Shown: in pieces, positions 17,223 through 26,771 of the stretch
Layout: each line of letters starts with the position of its first letter
How positions within the stretch are numbered: position 1 is the first letter of the stretch
Assembly (NCBI GenBank): GCA_046497275.1
Contig: JAWOFX010000083.1
Span: forward strand, 5,721 to 37,720
From: Promethearchaeia archaeon
GTDB taxonomy: Archaea; Asgardarchaeota; Lokiarchaeia; Sigyniarchaeales; SOKP01
Length of the DNA stretch: 32,000 nucleotides
Reading direction: 5' to 3'
Notes under the pieces: generated by a model
Told to the model about the DNA's origin: nothing
Database searches by the model: none
What the model saw: the letters and a program-made list of their open reading frames with translations, nothing else
Program-made: the position numbers and the translations under genes

Positions 17223-17894
17223 TTGACAACTCTAGATCTAAATAGTTGGATATTTTTAATCACTTTCTTCTTGATTTTTGGTATTTTTCTCTTCTTTGAC
17301 ATTTTTAAAAGAAATGAACGTTATCGGTATTTAGCCTATTTAGTTGCGCTTTTACCCATCAATTATTTGTGGCTTTTAGGATTCGATATTATCTTAACCT
17401 ATTCGATATTGTTTGGATTATGGATCCTCTGCATATTCAGAGATATTATTCTGGTATATCGTAAAACGAAAGAATATAATGATATATTTATGTTCTTTAT
17501 ATTAGCGGTAATTGTTCAAATTGTAGCTTCATCCATAATTCCAGAAATAGCTACTTATCTTAAACCAAATGGGACAAATTTTACTTCGAAATTATGGTTC
17601 TTTTATTTGCCAGATATTTATGCTGCTGGAGTGGTTACTGAGTTTGTATTAGCTTTCCGACTTTTAATGACAACATTACTTATTTTCATAATGGGGCCAT
17701 TATTGTTAGATATTAAAGGTGAGGATATTCCGTTTCCAGTACTTTTGGTCATTGTTGCAATTTTCTTTATCCCGTTTTTGTTTTTAAGTTATATCTGGGT
17801 CCCAGATGCTATTTGGGTGTTATCATTTCTATTCTGTGTCATACTTTTCATAGTTTTGCTCATAATAACAAAAAGCGGAAAAGAAGTAAAATAA
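17223..17894 (+). CDS. Hypothetical polytopic membrane protein (~7 TM)
   Basis: 223 aa with about seven hydrophobic stretches separated by short charged loops; TTG start with a purine-rich upstream sequence. No family recognised. Confidence 0.75.
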   Translation: MTTLDLNSWIFLITFFLIFGIFLFFDIFKRNERYRYLAYLVALLPINYLWLLGFDIILTYSILFGLWILCIFRDIILVYRKTKEYNDIFMFFILAVIVQIVASSIIPEIATYLKPNGTNFTSKLWFFYLPDIYAAGVVTEFVLAFRLLMTTLLIFIMGPLLLDIKGEDIPFPVLLVIVAIFFIPFLFLSYIWVPDAIWVLSFLFCVILFIVLLIITKSGKEVK

Positions 17895-18007
17895 AATATT
17901 TCAATTTTCTTTTGTTTATTAATAATTTATCTCATTATTTTTTATATTTAAATTACTATTAAAATTGTAGAGATTCATATTTTTTAGAAAATTTTTTAGA
18001 GATTATA

Positions 18008-18988
18008 ATGTCAAATAAAGGAGAAAATACTGAAGACGATAATAAAAAGGAAGAGTATAATTTAGATGATATCCCCGGAGTAGGAGATGCAACTAAAAAG
18101 AAATTAAGAGATGCGGGGATTCTTAAAGTAAGATCACTTGCTCTATATCCAATAACTAAACTCATGGAAGATGCGGGGTTAGGAGAAAAAACATCGTTAA
18201 AACTTATAAAAGCAGCTCAAGATCTTGAAAAGATGGGGTTCAAATCTGCTGAGCTAATATGGGAGAAACGTAGAGATTTGAAAAGAATAACAACTGGAAG
18301 TAATAATCTTGATGAATTATTAGGGGGCGGAATAGAATCGGGATCCGTCACTGAATTATTTGGAGAGTATAGAACAGGAAAAACTCAAATTGCTCACCAA
18401 TTATGTGTTAACGTTCAATTACCTTATGAAGAGGGCGGTATAGAGGGGGGAGCATTATATATAGATGCAGAAGGGACATTTAGACCTGAACGAATTATAA
18501 GTATGGCAGAAGCTAAGGATTTAGATTACAATGAGGTACTTAAAAATATCGTTATAGGACGAGCTTATAATAGTGATCATCAAATACTCTTAGCAAAAGA
18601 AGCTTCAAAAATTATAGAAGAGAAAAATATTAAATTAATAATCGTTGATTCAATTATAAGTCATTTCAGAAGCGAATATATTGGGCGTGGGACTCTCGCT
18701 ACAAGGCAACAAATCCTAAATACTCATATCCATGATTTATTACGACTAAGTGAAACATATGAGGAAATGGCGGTTTTATTCACTAATCAGGTATCTTCCA
18801 AACCAGATGTGTTTTATGGAAATCCTATAACCCACACGGGTGGTAATATAATAGCCCATGGTGCCACTATACGAATATATCTGAGAAAAGGAAAGGGTGA
18901 ACAAAGAGTTGCTAAAGTTATTGATGCCCCTAATCTCCCTGAAGCTGATGCTATATTTACCATTACAGATGATGGGATTAGAGACTAA
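18008..18988 (+). CDS. radA: DNA repair and recombination protein RadA (Rad51/DMC1 family)
   Basis: N-terminal HhH (DIPGVG), FxxA motif FKSA, Walker A GEYRTGKT, YIDAEGTFRPER, Walker B LIIVDS, FRSEYIGRG, TNQV, GGNIIAH; ends DGIRD. Confidence 0.97.
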   Translation: MSNKGENTEDDNKKEEYNLDDIPGVGDATKKKLRDAGILKVRSLALYPITKLMEDAGLGEKTSLKLIKAAQDLEKMGFKSAELIWEKRRDLKRITTGSNNLDELLGGGIESGSVTELFGEYRTGKTQIAHQLCVNVQLPYEEGGIEGGALYIDAEGTFRPERIISMAEAKDLDYNEVLKNIVIGRAYNSDHQILLAKEASKIIEEKNIKLIIVDSIISHFRSEYIGRGTLATRQQILNTHIHDLLRLSETYEEMAVLFTNQVSSKPDVFYGNPITHTGGNIIAHGATIRIYLRKGKGEQRVAKVIDAPNLPEADAIFTITDDGIRD

Positions 18989-19061
18989 TCTAGAAATAAA
19001 TCTTTAAAATAATCTTTATCTCTCTAAATTGATTCAATTAAACTTTTTTTAAGATATTAAT

Positions 19062-19778
19062 ATGGTAAAAATTACGGTTTTAGTTGATGATTTAAATGGA
19101 GCTATAAATGGTTTTGTATGTTCATATGGATTTTCAGCATTAATCGAACTTGATGAAAATAAAATTTTATTTGATACAGGTACAGAAGAAGAACCATTGG
19201 CAAAAAATTTGAAGTTAATGGGTTATTCTCCAAAGGATCTTGATGCAGTTATTCTAAGTCATAACCATTATGATCATACAAATGGATTGCCTATTCTTCT
19301 GAAAGATAACCCAGATCTTCCTGTTTATGTTCATAAAAAGTGGGATAAAGATATTAACTACAAAGGGTGCAAAATTCCCACTAGGAATAAGATAATTCTA
19401 GAACATGGGAACTGTGTGGATGACATAAACTCTAATATATTTATTACTGATTCCTTTTACTCATCTGATTATGGGGGTGTATATGAACATGCTTGTTATA
19501 TAAAAAAAAATTCTCATTTTATTCTCATCTGTGGATGTTGTCATCCTGGACTCAATAAATTCCTTCAGAATAGAGAAAGACTCAAAATTAATACAGACTC
19601 TTTGACAATTATGGGTGGTCTTCATGGTTTTAGATTTAGTGACAATGAGGCAGAAAATATTAATCCAAAATTAGATGAGATTATCCTTTGTCACTGTACA
19701 TCTAATATAAAAACGTACCAGAATCAATTTAAGGAAAAATGCTCTATCGGACTAGTCGGTAAAACTTATCTCTTCTAA
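19062..19778 (+). CDS. MBL-fold metallo-hydrolase
   Basis: GFSALI, ILFDTG, LSHNHYDHTNG (HxHxDH), GCCHPG, GGLHG, CHCT. Confidence 0.92.
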   Translation: MVKITVLVDDLNGAINGFVCSYGFSALIELDENKILFDTGTEEEPLAKNLKLMGYSPKDLDAVILSHNHYDHTNGLPILLKDNPDLPVYVHKKWDKDINYKGCKIPTRNKIILEHGNCVDDINSNIFITDSFYSSDYGGVYEHACYIKKNSHFILICGCCHPGLNKFLQNRERLKINTDSLTIMGGLHGFRFSDNEAENINPKLDEIILCHCTSNIKTYQNQFKEKCSIGLVGKTYLF

Positions 19779-19874
19779 TTAGATCTGTATTTTGGTCTTC
19801 TAAAACATAAAATAAATTTAAATTTAAAAAAATGGTAAAAATAGTAAAGAAAAAATAAGAAAAAATATAAAATC

Positions 19875-20318
19875 TCAATAATCAAGAGTAACATCCACAT
19901 TTATTCCTTCTCGGACAGCTTGTGTAACTGTACAGTAATCCTCAAACATTTTACGACATCTATCTGCTCGTTTTCTCATGTCAGGAGTATCTATTTTTGG
20001 TTTTATAACCACATCAATATTTTGAACTCTCCAAAATCCTTTTTCATTCCTAGCAACTGTAACTTCTGCTTTAGCGTTCAAATCTTCGACTTTAAAATCT
20101 TTCTTTTTTAGACAAAAGATAAAACTTGCACTCAAACATGCTAATACAGCCATTCCCAACATTCTTGAAGGATTAGGGCCCCACATTTCAGCCGGCTTCT
20201 TATTTGTTTCATCAATGTAACAATCTTCTACCTTAATCTCTGCTAGATCACATTCAAATATCATTTCTTTTTTTAGGTGGATTCCTACTTCGGTTTTCAT
20301 TTGATCTGAATCAGACAT
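19875..20318 (-). CDS. OsmC/Ohr family protein
   Basis: GPNPSRMLGMAVLACLSAS and YCTVTQAV carry the two family cysteines. Confidence 0.9.
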   Translation of the reverse strand: MSDSDQMKTEVGIHLKKEMIFECDLAEIKVEDCYIDETNKKPAEMWGPNPSRMLGMAVLACLSASFIFCLKKKDFKVEDLNAKAEVTVARNEKGFWRVQNIDVVIKPKIDTPDMRKRADRCRKMFEDYCTVTQAVREGINVDVTLDY

Positions 20319-20496
20319 TTTATTTAATTACTCCAATTTAATTTTTATATAATCTATATTCGCAAATTTGAGTTTTTTAATTTTTATGTAATAAAAAATT
20401 AATTAATCAAAATAGTCATATTGAAAATTAAAAACAATCTTTTAATTAACTTATTTAGAGTTGTAGTTATGCAATAATTTGTATTTCTTTTATTAC

Positions 20497-21096
20497 TCAA
20501 CCTTCTTCGAGTTTTTTCAATTTATAATGTCTTGAGAGATGAAAAAACAAGAAAGGAAAATAGAAAAAGATGATATAAAAATAGTTTAAAGTAAATATAA
20601 ATACAACTAAAAGCATGAAAACGAAGAGGATTAACTCACTAAATAATAAAAATTTGTTATTATAATATTTAAAATCGAAAAAAGATGCAGGTGTTTTATA
20701 TTTCGATAGATATTCTTCTAAATTTTCCCGTTCTTCTTTTGTAATCAAAAATCTTAACCCAATAGTTTTATGGGAAAAATAAAAAAAATTTGTGCCCCAA
20801 TCAAAAGTATCAATAAAAACGTGTAAAAAATAGACAAAACCACTTATAATTAAGGCAATCCAATTTAAAAATAGACCTATAACAATAATAATTATGCTTG
20901 GAATTATTGAATGAGAAATAAGGTTTCTATGATTTTTGTCTTTCGCATATTTAGAAAAAAATACATCAAAATCGCAAATAAAGGAAGCTATAATAATTAG
21001 ACTATATTCAATAAAATTTAATTTAAGCAAATACGAGGATAGAGAAGCAATAATGACTCCTATAGCAAAATGGGAATTAATATGAATGTTAATCAC
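20497..21096 (-). CDS. Membrane-bound metal-dependent hydrolase (YdjM-like)
   Basis: SHFAIG, DFD, HRNLISHS and HVFID motifs within hydrophobic segments. The GTG start overlaps the upstream TGA (GTGA). Confidence 0.8.
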   Translation of the reverse strand: MINIHINSHFAIGVIIASLSSYLLKLNFIEYSLIIIASFICDFDVFFSKYAKDKNHRNLISHSIIPSIIIIVIGLFLNWIALIISGFVYFLHVFIDTFDWGTNFFYFSHKTIGLRFLITKEERENLEEYLSKYKTPASFFDFKYYNNKFLLFSELILFVFMLLVVFIFTLNYFYIIFFYFPFLFFHLSRHYKLKKLEEG

Positions 21097-22058
21097 CCCT
21101 CCCTTTTAATAATCACTCCTTTTTGAATTCGTTCATAAACTTTTTGTTTTGATTTAAACCCGTTAACACCTTTCTCTTCTATCTCAAAAGAAGCAGCAGA
21201 GGATGCTAAATATGCCGCATTTTTGATCGCTTTCCAAGATTTATCTGAGTTTAGGAATTCATACAAAAAAATTGCTAAGTACACATCTCCCGCGCCAGTT
21301 TCATCAATCACTTGAACTGGTTGAAATGCAGGGATTTTGATTAGTTTTTTATCTTTTTTTGCTACGAAAGACCCAAATTCTCCTAAAGTCATAATAGATA
21401 TACAATTAAATTGTTTGAAATAATCCATTATTTCATTCCAATCATGCTTTCCAGATACTAGTTTCATCTCCTCCTCAGAACCTTTTAAGATAAGGCGTTC
21501 ACCCAATAATTTGATAATTTTATTTAATCTCTCTATTAAGATATCATCTCTTTTGAGAACTATTTTACCCCTTGAATTAATTTTCCGTATAAACCCTTGT
21601 AGATCTATTCCGTAATACAAATCTCTAAATTGATTTTCCATATTAAAAACAAAATTGTATGAGATTTCATTACATATTGGGACAAAACATACTGCATCTG
21701 GAGGATTGTTGAATAATTTTTCGGGTAGATCCTCAAACATTAAATCTGGACACCTTGATTTGAGCTTTAATTTTCTCGAATGGTTAATATATTTTAAGAC
21801 AAATTTGGTTGGGTCTTTTTCAACCAATTTCAAACCATCTAAATTAATATTATTATTCTTTAATGGTTTCAAAATTGAATTTTTATAGAGTACTTTGCTA
21901 AAATTTGAAATAATACCAATATCGACATCTTTATCATATTCTCTTAAAGATAGAGAACAATATGATACGGACCCTCCGAGAGAGGGATTTGTTTTCTTTC
22001 CTAGTTTGAAAACAGTATCTATGGCAATATGCCCTATAAAGAGAATATGTTGTTTCAA
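21093..22058 (-). CDS. PfkB/ribokinase family carbohydrate kinase
   Basis: GHIAID, LGGSVSY, MTLGEFGS and DETGAGDVY (anion hole GAGD). TTG start with SD AGGTGAA at 22064-22070. Confidence 0.92.
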   Translation of the reverse strand: MKQHILFIGHIAIDTVFKLGKKTNPSLGGSVSYCSLSLREYDKDVDIGIISNFSKVLYKNSILKPLKNNNINLDGLKLVEKDPTKFVLKYINHSRKLKLKSRCPDLMFEDLPEKLFNNPPDAVCFVPICNEISYNFVFNMENQFRDLYYGIDLQGFIRKINSRGKIVLKRDDILIERLNKIIKLLGERLILKGSEEEMKLVSGKHDWNEIMDYFKQFNCISIMTLGEFGSFVAKKDKKLIKIPAFQPVQVIDETGAGDVYLAIFLYEFLNSDKSWKAIKNAAYLASSAASFEIEEKGVNGFKSKQKVYERIQKGVIIKREG

Positions 22059-22204
22059 GAATATTCACCTAGTAGGTTAAAATGAAGCATTTCAAATAAA
22101 TTAGGTGGAAAAAGCCTTAAATTTATGATAAGAGAAAAAGATTAGTTTAAAAAATTTCAGAAAATTTTTGAGAAAAATTAATAATTTAGAAGATTAATGC
22201 AATT

Positions 22205-23275
22205 TTAACTATTTTTTAGTTCTTCGATTATCCGCTCTTTTTCATTTAATTCCATCTTTAATTTATTAATAGTCTTCTGTAAATCTTCTATTAAATCTGA
22301 CATGGTAGTGGGAGTTTCTTTAGTTTTATCCTCTATCTTGCTGCGTAAATTTAATATTAAGCTATCTTGTTCTTGAATTTTTTGGTTAAGATGTTTAATT
22401 TTATTATTCATTTCCTCAGATTCATCAGAATTTATCATTTGATTATTAATTTGATTTTTATATTCCTTAATTTGTTCATTTAACTTTTCGTTTTGCTCTC
22501 GAAGAGAGATCAGCTCTTCAGAATCTATTGTAATTAAACCATCCTTTTCCATTGTATTTCGAAGTTGCTGATTTTCGTGTTTTAATTTATCTACAAGGAT
22601 TTTATGTTTATTTAATTCAGATTGGAGATCTTGGCATAAAAATTCAAGAGTTTTTGAAGAGGTTTCAGACGAAGATATTTCTTGAGGCAAAGTTTCTGAT
22701 CTATCTCTTTCAAGTTGAGTATTTCTTTCTTTAAGAGATTTATTTTCTTGGCTTAATTGTTCCATGTTTGCTTCAATTAAATTAATCTTTTCGATTAATT
22801 TCTGAATATTTGATTTTTTCTTAGATAATTCTGATTGAAGATTTTCCATTAAAGTTGCATTAACATTAGGAGGTAATTGAGTTTTTGATTCTAATTGGTT
22901 AATTTTGGTTTGTAATTTATTTATATTATTATCTTTATTATTTAATTGATCTATTTTAAGAGATAATTCTCTGTTCAAATTTTCTATTTGCTCTTCAAGA
23001 TTCTCAATTCTTTTTGTATATTCCGTTTCTAAGTTTATTTTTTCTTGTTTTAAAGCATTTTTCTCATCAACTGCTTTTTTGATGAATTCTTCAGATTTTT
23101 TAATCAAATTTATATTTTCTTCAATTTTTTTTCTTAGAAGGGCATTCTCCTCCTCTAATTTATCTAATTTGTCTAATGCATCTCCTATTGCAGAGGGGGA
23201 TTCCATTTCAGATTCTACTTTCTTTCTCCACATTCCTAAAAAATCATCAGATTCTTCTTCGGGCATTTTTATCAA
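22205..23275 (-). CDS. Hypothetical long coiled-coil protein
   Basis: E/K/N/L/I/Q-rich heptad pattern over most of its length, with few Pro/Gly. The likely start is the ATG at 23266. Confidence 0.8.
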   Translation of the reverse strand: MIKMPEEESDDFLGMWRKKVESEMESPSAIGDALDKLDKLEEENALLRKKIEENINLIKKSEEFIKKAVDEKNALKQEKINLETEYTKRIENLEEQIENLNRELSLKIDQLNNKDNNINKLQTKINQLESKTQLPPNVNATLMENLQSELSKKKSNIQKLIEKINLIEANMEQLSQENKSLKERNTQLERDRSETLPQEISSSETSSKTLEFLCQDLQSELNKHKILVDKLKHENQQLRNTMEKDGLITIDSEELISLREQNEKLNEQIKEYKNQINNQMINSDESEEMNNKIKHLNQKIQEQDSLILNLRSKIEDKTKETPTTMSDLIEDLQKTINKLKMELNEKERIIEELKNS

Positions 23276-23300
23276 AATTTTCTTTAATTTGTAAATCTTT

Positions 23301-24203
23301 TTATTTTAAGATTATCCCTGAAAAATATCCTACTGAATAATCTGAGGGTCCGCTTCCCCCCATTTTTTCATAACTTGTATAATATTTTAGACTTTTACAT
23401 TTGGTACCCCCTAATTTTTGACAAGTAAGCATTAAAGTAGTGATGGTTTGAGGTCCACAAACAGTAGTTTTCTGAGCGTTTTGTAAAGTTTTTTGCGGAT
23501 TAAATTCCTCAAATGCATCTATGACTGCTTGATCTTGTTTATTCATCTCTTCGAAATCTTTAGAAGGGTTTCTTACATTCTGAGGACGTTTATGAGTCAT
23601 ATCAGATGAGGCGACGATAATAACGTCTTTCTCAAATTCTTTTATCGCAGTTGCTATATCTTCAGCTATTTTCTCAAGATTATCATAATTTTTAGTTGTA
23701 ACTTTTATGGGAACAATTTTTATGTCTTTATCCATTGCACAATATTTTATAAAAGGTAATTGAACTTCAATATTATGTTCTCTTCCGAAAGGATATCCCA
23801 TAAAAGCGGATTCATCATTAAGGATAATATCACTTTCTTCTATTATTTTTTCTGCTAATTCGCTGTCGATTTTTAAATCTCCTAGGGGGGTTTCCCATTC
23901 TCCCTCTTTCATTAGAGCAATTTTATTATATCCAATATGATCTGTCCCTAATATAATAACAGTGTCTGGTATCTTTTCTTCAAATAAATTAAGATAGGTA
24001 AATGCTGCTGCTGGAGCAGAATAATCATAACCTGCGTGAGGAGCTATTCCTCCAATAGTCTCTCTTTCTTCTTTATTTTTAGGATTTGGCAATCGCCCAG
24101 GCCCAAATTTTTGATCTTTAAATGCATCTTCAATTTTTCGCACCAGAGCTGATTTCGTTCCTGGATAGAACTGTCCTGCCACACTAACTTTTCTAATAGC
24201 CAT
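23301..24203 (-). CDS. MEMO1 family protein (AmmeMemoRadiSam system protein B)
   Basis: RKVSVAGQFYP, PHAGYDYS, GTDH, WETPLG, EHNIEVQLPF, ASSDMTH, TVCG. Confidence 0.95.
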   Translation of the reverse strand: MAIRKVSVAGQFYPGTKSALVRKIEDAFKDQKFGPGRLPNPKNKEERETIGGIAPHAGYDYSAPAAAFTYLNLFEEKIPDTVIILGTDHIGYNKIALMKEGEWETPLGDLKIDSELAEKIIEESDIILNDESAFMGYPFGREHNIEVQLPFIKYCAMDKDIKIVPIKVTTKNYDNLEKIAEDIATAIKEFEKDVIIVASSDMTHKRPQNVRNPSKDFEEMNKQDQAVIDAFEEFNPQKTLQNAQKTTVCGPQTITTLMLTCQKLGGTKCKSLKYYTSYEKMGGSGPSDYSVGYFSGIILK

Positions 24204-24338
24204 AACTTTTCACATATGATTATTTTATCTTTTTACTAGTAAAATTAAAGACATAAGGATTTAAATAAATTTCATTTCATTTTTCTAAATAAAACTTGAT
24301 TTAGAATAATAATAATAAACTATCATAACTTATCATAA

Positions 24339-24944
24339 ATGATGAGTAAGTTAGAGAATGAGGAAATCTCACTTGATGAGATAAATGAGCAAGATATACC
24401 CGAAAAAATACCTACAAAATTAATTAATTCAAGAGTAATAGTATTTAATCCACTGTATGCATCCTATTTATATGTAAAGAAAGGATTTTTTGGATCTCCG
24501 CTGGGTATAAGTAAACCACGTTTAGAATATTTCTCAAAACCTTCTGAACTTTCCTTATTAGAAGCTTACTTCCTCCTTAAAAAAGACCAAATTTCCATTT
24601 TTGACGTTGAAAATGAAAAAAATTTGACGCACGAAGAATTTTATAGCCTTGTAAGAAAAATACATGATAAATTTGAGGAAAAGTTTATAATATATCAAGA
24701 CCTCAGGGAAAAGGGCTATATTCCTCGTCCTGGTCTCAAATTTGGAGCAGATTTTGTAGTTTATAAGAAAGGGCCAGGTTTAGAACACTCACCTTTTATA
24801 GTTCATGCCTTACCGCATGATTCGAAAATAAGTGCGGTTGAGATCGTTCGAGCAGGAAGATTAGCAACTTCCGTAAGAAAAAAATTTGTTATTGCAAATC
24901 CTAATAAAAAAAGTTATTACTTTTTCGAATGGTTTAAACCCTAA
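24339..24944 (+). CDS. endA: tRNA-splicing endonuclease catalytic (alpha) subunit
   Basis: ELSLLEAYFL, YQDLREKGY, GLKFGADFVVYKKGPGLEHS (catalytic Tyr, His) and RLATSVRKK (catalytic Lys). Confidence 0.95.
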   Translation: MMSKLENEEISLDEINEQDIPEKIPTKLINSRVIVFNPLYASYLYVKKGFFGSPLGISKPRLEYFSKPSELSLLEAYFLLKKDQISIFDVENEKNLTHEEFYSLVRKIHDKFEEKFIIYQDLREKGYIPRPGLKFGADFVVYKKGPGLEHSPFIVHALPHDSKISAVEIVRAGRLATSVRKKFVIANPNKKSYYFFEWFKP

Positions 24945-25036
24945 ATTATAGAAACTTAAATTTTCCTTGAACTCAAAGGTGGGAAATAGAGAAACAAAAA
25001 ATATTCTATGATTTAAAAATTCTAATTAAATAAAAG

Positions 25037-25675
25037 TTAAGAATATCTTAATACTCTGAGTAGATCTCCAATATCATGAATTCGATCAGCTAACTCCTCA
25101 AGAATTTTAATACTATCACGAATTCTCAATAATAACCTGATATCCATATCTTCTTTGTCATATAAATAGTCTAAAAAGCCTCTAAAGATTAAATCTATCT
25201 CATTTTCGAGTTCATGTATGGTGGTGGTATTCTTAAATACCTCTTGAGGGTTGTCACGGAGATTTTTTATTGCTAACTTCAATGTATTTGTCATTTCTAA
25301 GATATTGTTAATCATCTTATGGTAGGTATTTTTCATCTCTTCATTAAATTGTTCAACTGCGTCAATATGCGATAAGATGTCAACAAATTCTAATGCAGAA
25401 TTGATAACATTGTCCATACGCAATATTAAAGTCATATAATCTCCTACTCCTTGGGTACTTGCTTCAGAAAACTCTTTTATCAATCGAATTTTAATATTGT
25501 CAGCATCTTCTTCTAATAATAGTAACTTACTCTTTTTCTTCGCTAAATTTTTTTGGTTTGATTTTTTTGCTTCTTGCCAAGAAGTATAGTAGACACCCAT
25601 ATCACTAACGACTTGATATAGGATTCTAGAATGCTCGATCAATAAAGAGGTCATTTCATCGATTGTGGTTGCCAT
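25037..25675 (-). CDS. DUF47/PhoU-like helical protein (putative phosphate-transport regulator)
   Basis: Two repeats of the family pattern: LEEDADNIK...RMDNV and HELENEIDLIF...LEELADRIHD. Confidence 0.85.
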   Translation of the reverse strand: MATTIDEMTSLLIEHSRILYQVVSDMGVYYTSWQEAKKSNQKNLAKKKSKLLLLEEDADNIKIRLIKEFSEASTQGVGDYMTLILRMDNVINSALEFVDILSHIDAVEQFNEEMKNTYHKMINNILEMTNTLKLAIKNLRDNPQEVFKNTTTIHELENEIDLIFRGFLDYLYDKEDMDIRLLLRIRDSIKILEELADRIHDIGDLLRVLRYS

Positions 25676-25789
25676 TTCTTATTCAACTAATAAATTACTT
25701 GTATATATTATTAATATTATCTTAAAATTATTTAATTTATGTTTTAAAGAAATCAAAATTATTTTTAAATAAAATAACATTATTGTATA

Positions 25790-26569
25790 ATGTTTTATCT
25801 AAAAAACTCAAAATTGGTGGAATTTAGGCTTTCAATGATATCTAAATGGAAGACATATATCAAGATTACTCAAGTTGCTTCAATTGCCAGACGCTATTTT
25901 GTTAATAATTTCTATGATGGAATGCTTACCATTCTTGGCAGTTTATTAGGATTCCTTACTTATATCCTAACTGGGACACCGACAGTGGAAAGTCATATTA
26001 TAATTCTTGCAGGTATTGGAACATCTGTTAGCATGTTTATTTCTGGTTTTTCTGGTTCCTATCTCTCTGAGAAAGCTGAAAGAAAGAAGATTCAAAATGA
26101 AATGGAACGAGCGATGGGGCGCTATGAGGAAGAGGGAACTGAGGAAATAGAACAACAAGTGGATATGGAAGAGATAGAAAAAGCAATGCTGACAGAACTT
26201 CCCAGAAATACCTCTGCTGTTAAAAAAAAAAGAGTTTTTCAGAAACGTAAGAAAGACAAAGTAAAAACCCTTTTTGAAAAAGCCGAAAGTTTCGCAAATA
26301 AAATTGTTTCGATTGTAAATGGAGGAGCTCCACTTCTCGGAGGTTTTGTTCCTTTATTTCCATTCTTTTTTGTTCCAGAGGCGGGGCTTATAACTTTTAT
26401 AATATCATTTGTGATTATCACGATTTTTATCGTGCTTTTAGGCATTTTTCTCGGAGTAATCTCAAAAGGGTCAATCATAAAAAATGTATTACAGATGATA
26501 TTAGCTTTTGTGGTCACATTCTTAATTACTATGCCTATACTATTATTCACTCCATCCGCAGGTCCATAA
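25790..26569 (+). CDS. VIT1/CCC1 family metal transporter-like membrane protein
   Basis: RRYFVNNFYDG (conserved Asp), SMFISGFSGSYLSEKAE (conserved Met), acidic cytosolic segment, then three TM helices. The likely start is the ATG at 25835. Confidence 0.85.
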   Translation: MFYLKNSKLVEFRLSMISKWKTYIKITQVASIARRYFVNNFYDGMLTILGSLLGFLTYILTGTPTVESHIIILAGIGTSVSMFISGFSGSYLSEKAERKKIQNEMERAMGRYEEEGTEEIEQQVDMEEIEKAMLTELPRNTSAVKKKRVFQKRKKDKVKTLFEKAESFANKIVSIVNGGAPLLGGFVPLFPFFFVPEAGLITFIISFVIITIFIVLLGIFLGVISKGSIIKNVLQMILAFVVTFLITMPILLFTPSAGP

Positions 26570-26757
26570 AAGATTTATAAACCTCCAAAATTTCATAATA
26601 AAGAATATTTTAAATTCAAATACTTATCTTTATGTAATAAAAGAAAGAAAAAATCTTGGTTCCTAAAATGAATTTTTTTCTTTTACGGAAACTATTAAAA
26701 ACTCTTTTTCTTATATATTTATTATCCTTTTACATAAAGAAATATGTTTTTATCACA

Positions 26758-26764
26758 GAGGTGA
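26758..26764 (+). promoter_or_regulatory. Shine-Dalgarno GAGGTGA
   Basis: Canonical archaeal SD, 7 nt before the TTG at 26772. Confidence 0.7.
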
Positions 26765-26771
26765 ATGAAAA

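Noticed and set aside
17874-17894. C-terminal KSGKEVK as an ER-retrieval dilysine signal
   Set aside because: The lysines are at -1 and -4, which does not match KKxx or KxKxx.
19875-19877. TGA stop of the OsmC gene (and other TGA stops) as possible selenocysteine
   Set aside because: The stops fall at the expected family C-termini; read-through gives T-rich terminator sequence, and no SECIS-like hairpin was seen.
26222-26231. Poly-A runs in the VIT1-like gene (and at 19502-19510 in the MBL gene) as frameshift sites
   Set aside because: Both frames continue uninterrupted into conserved downstream motifs; the runs encode Lys tracts.
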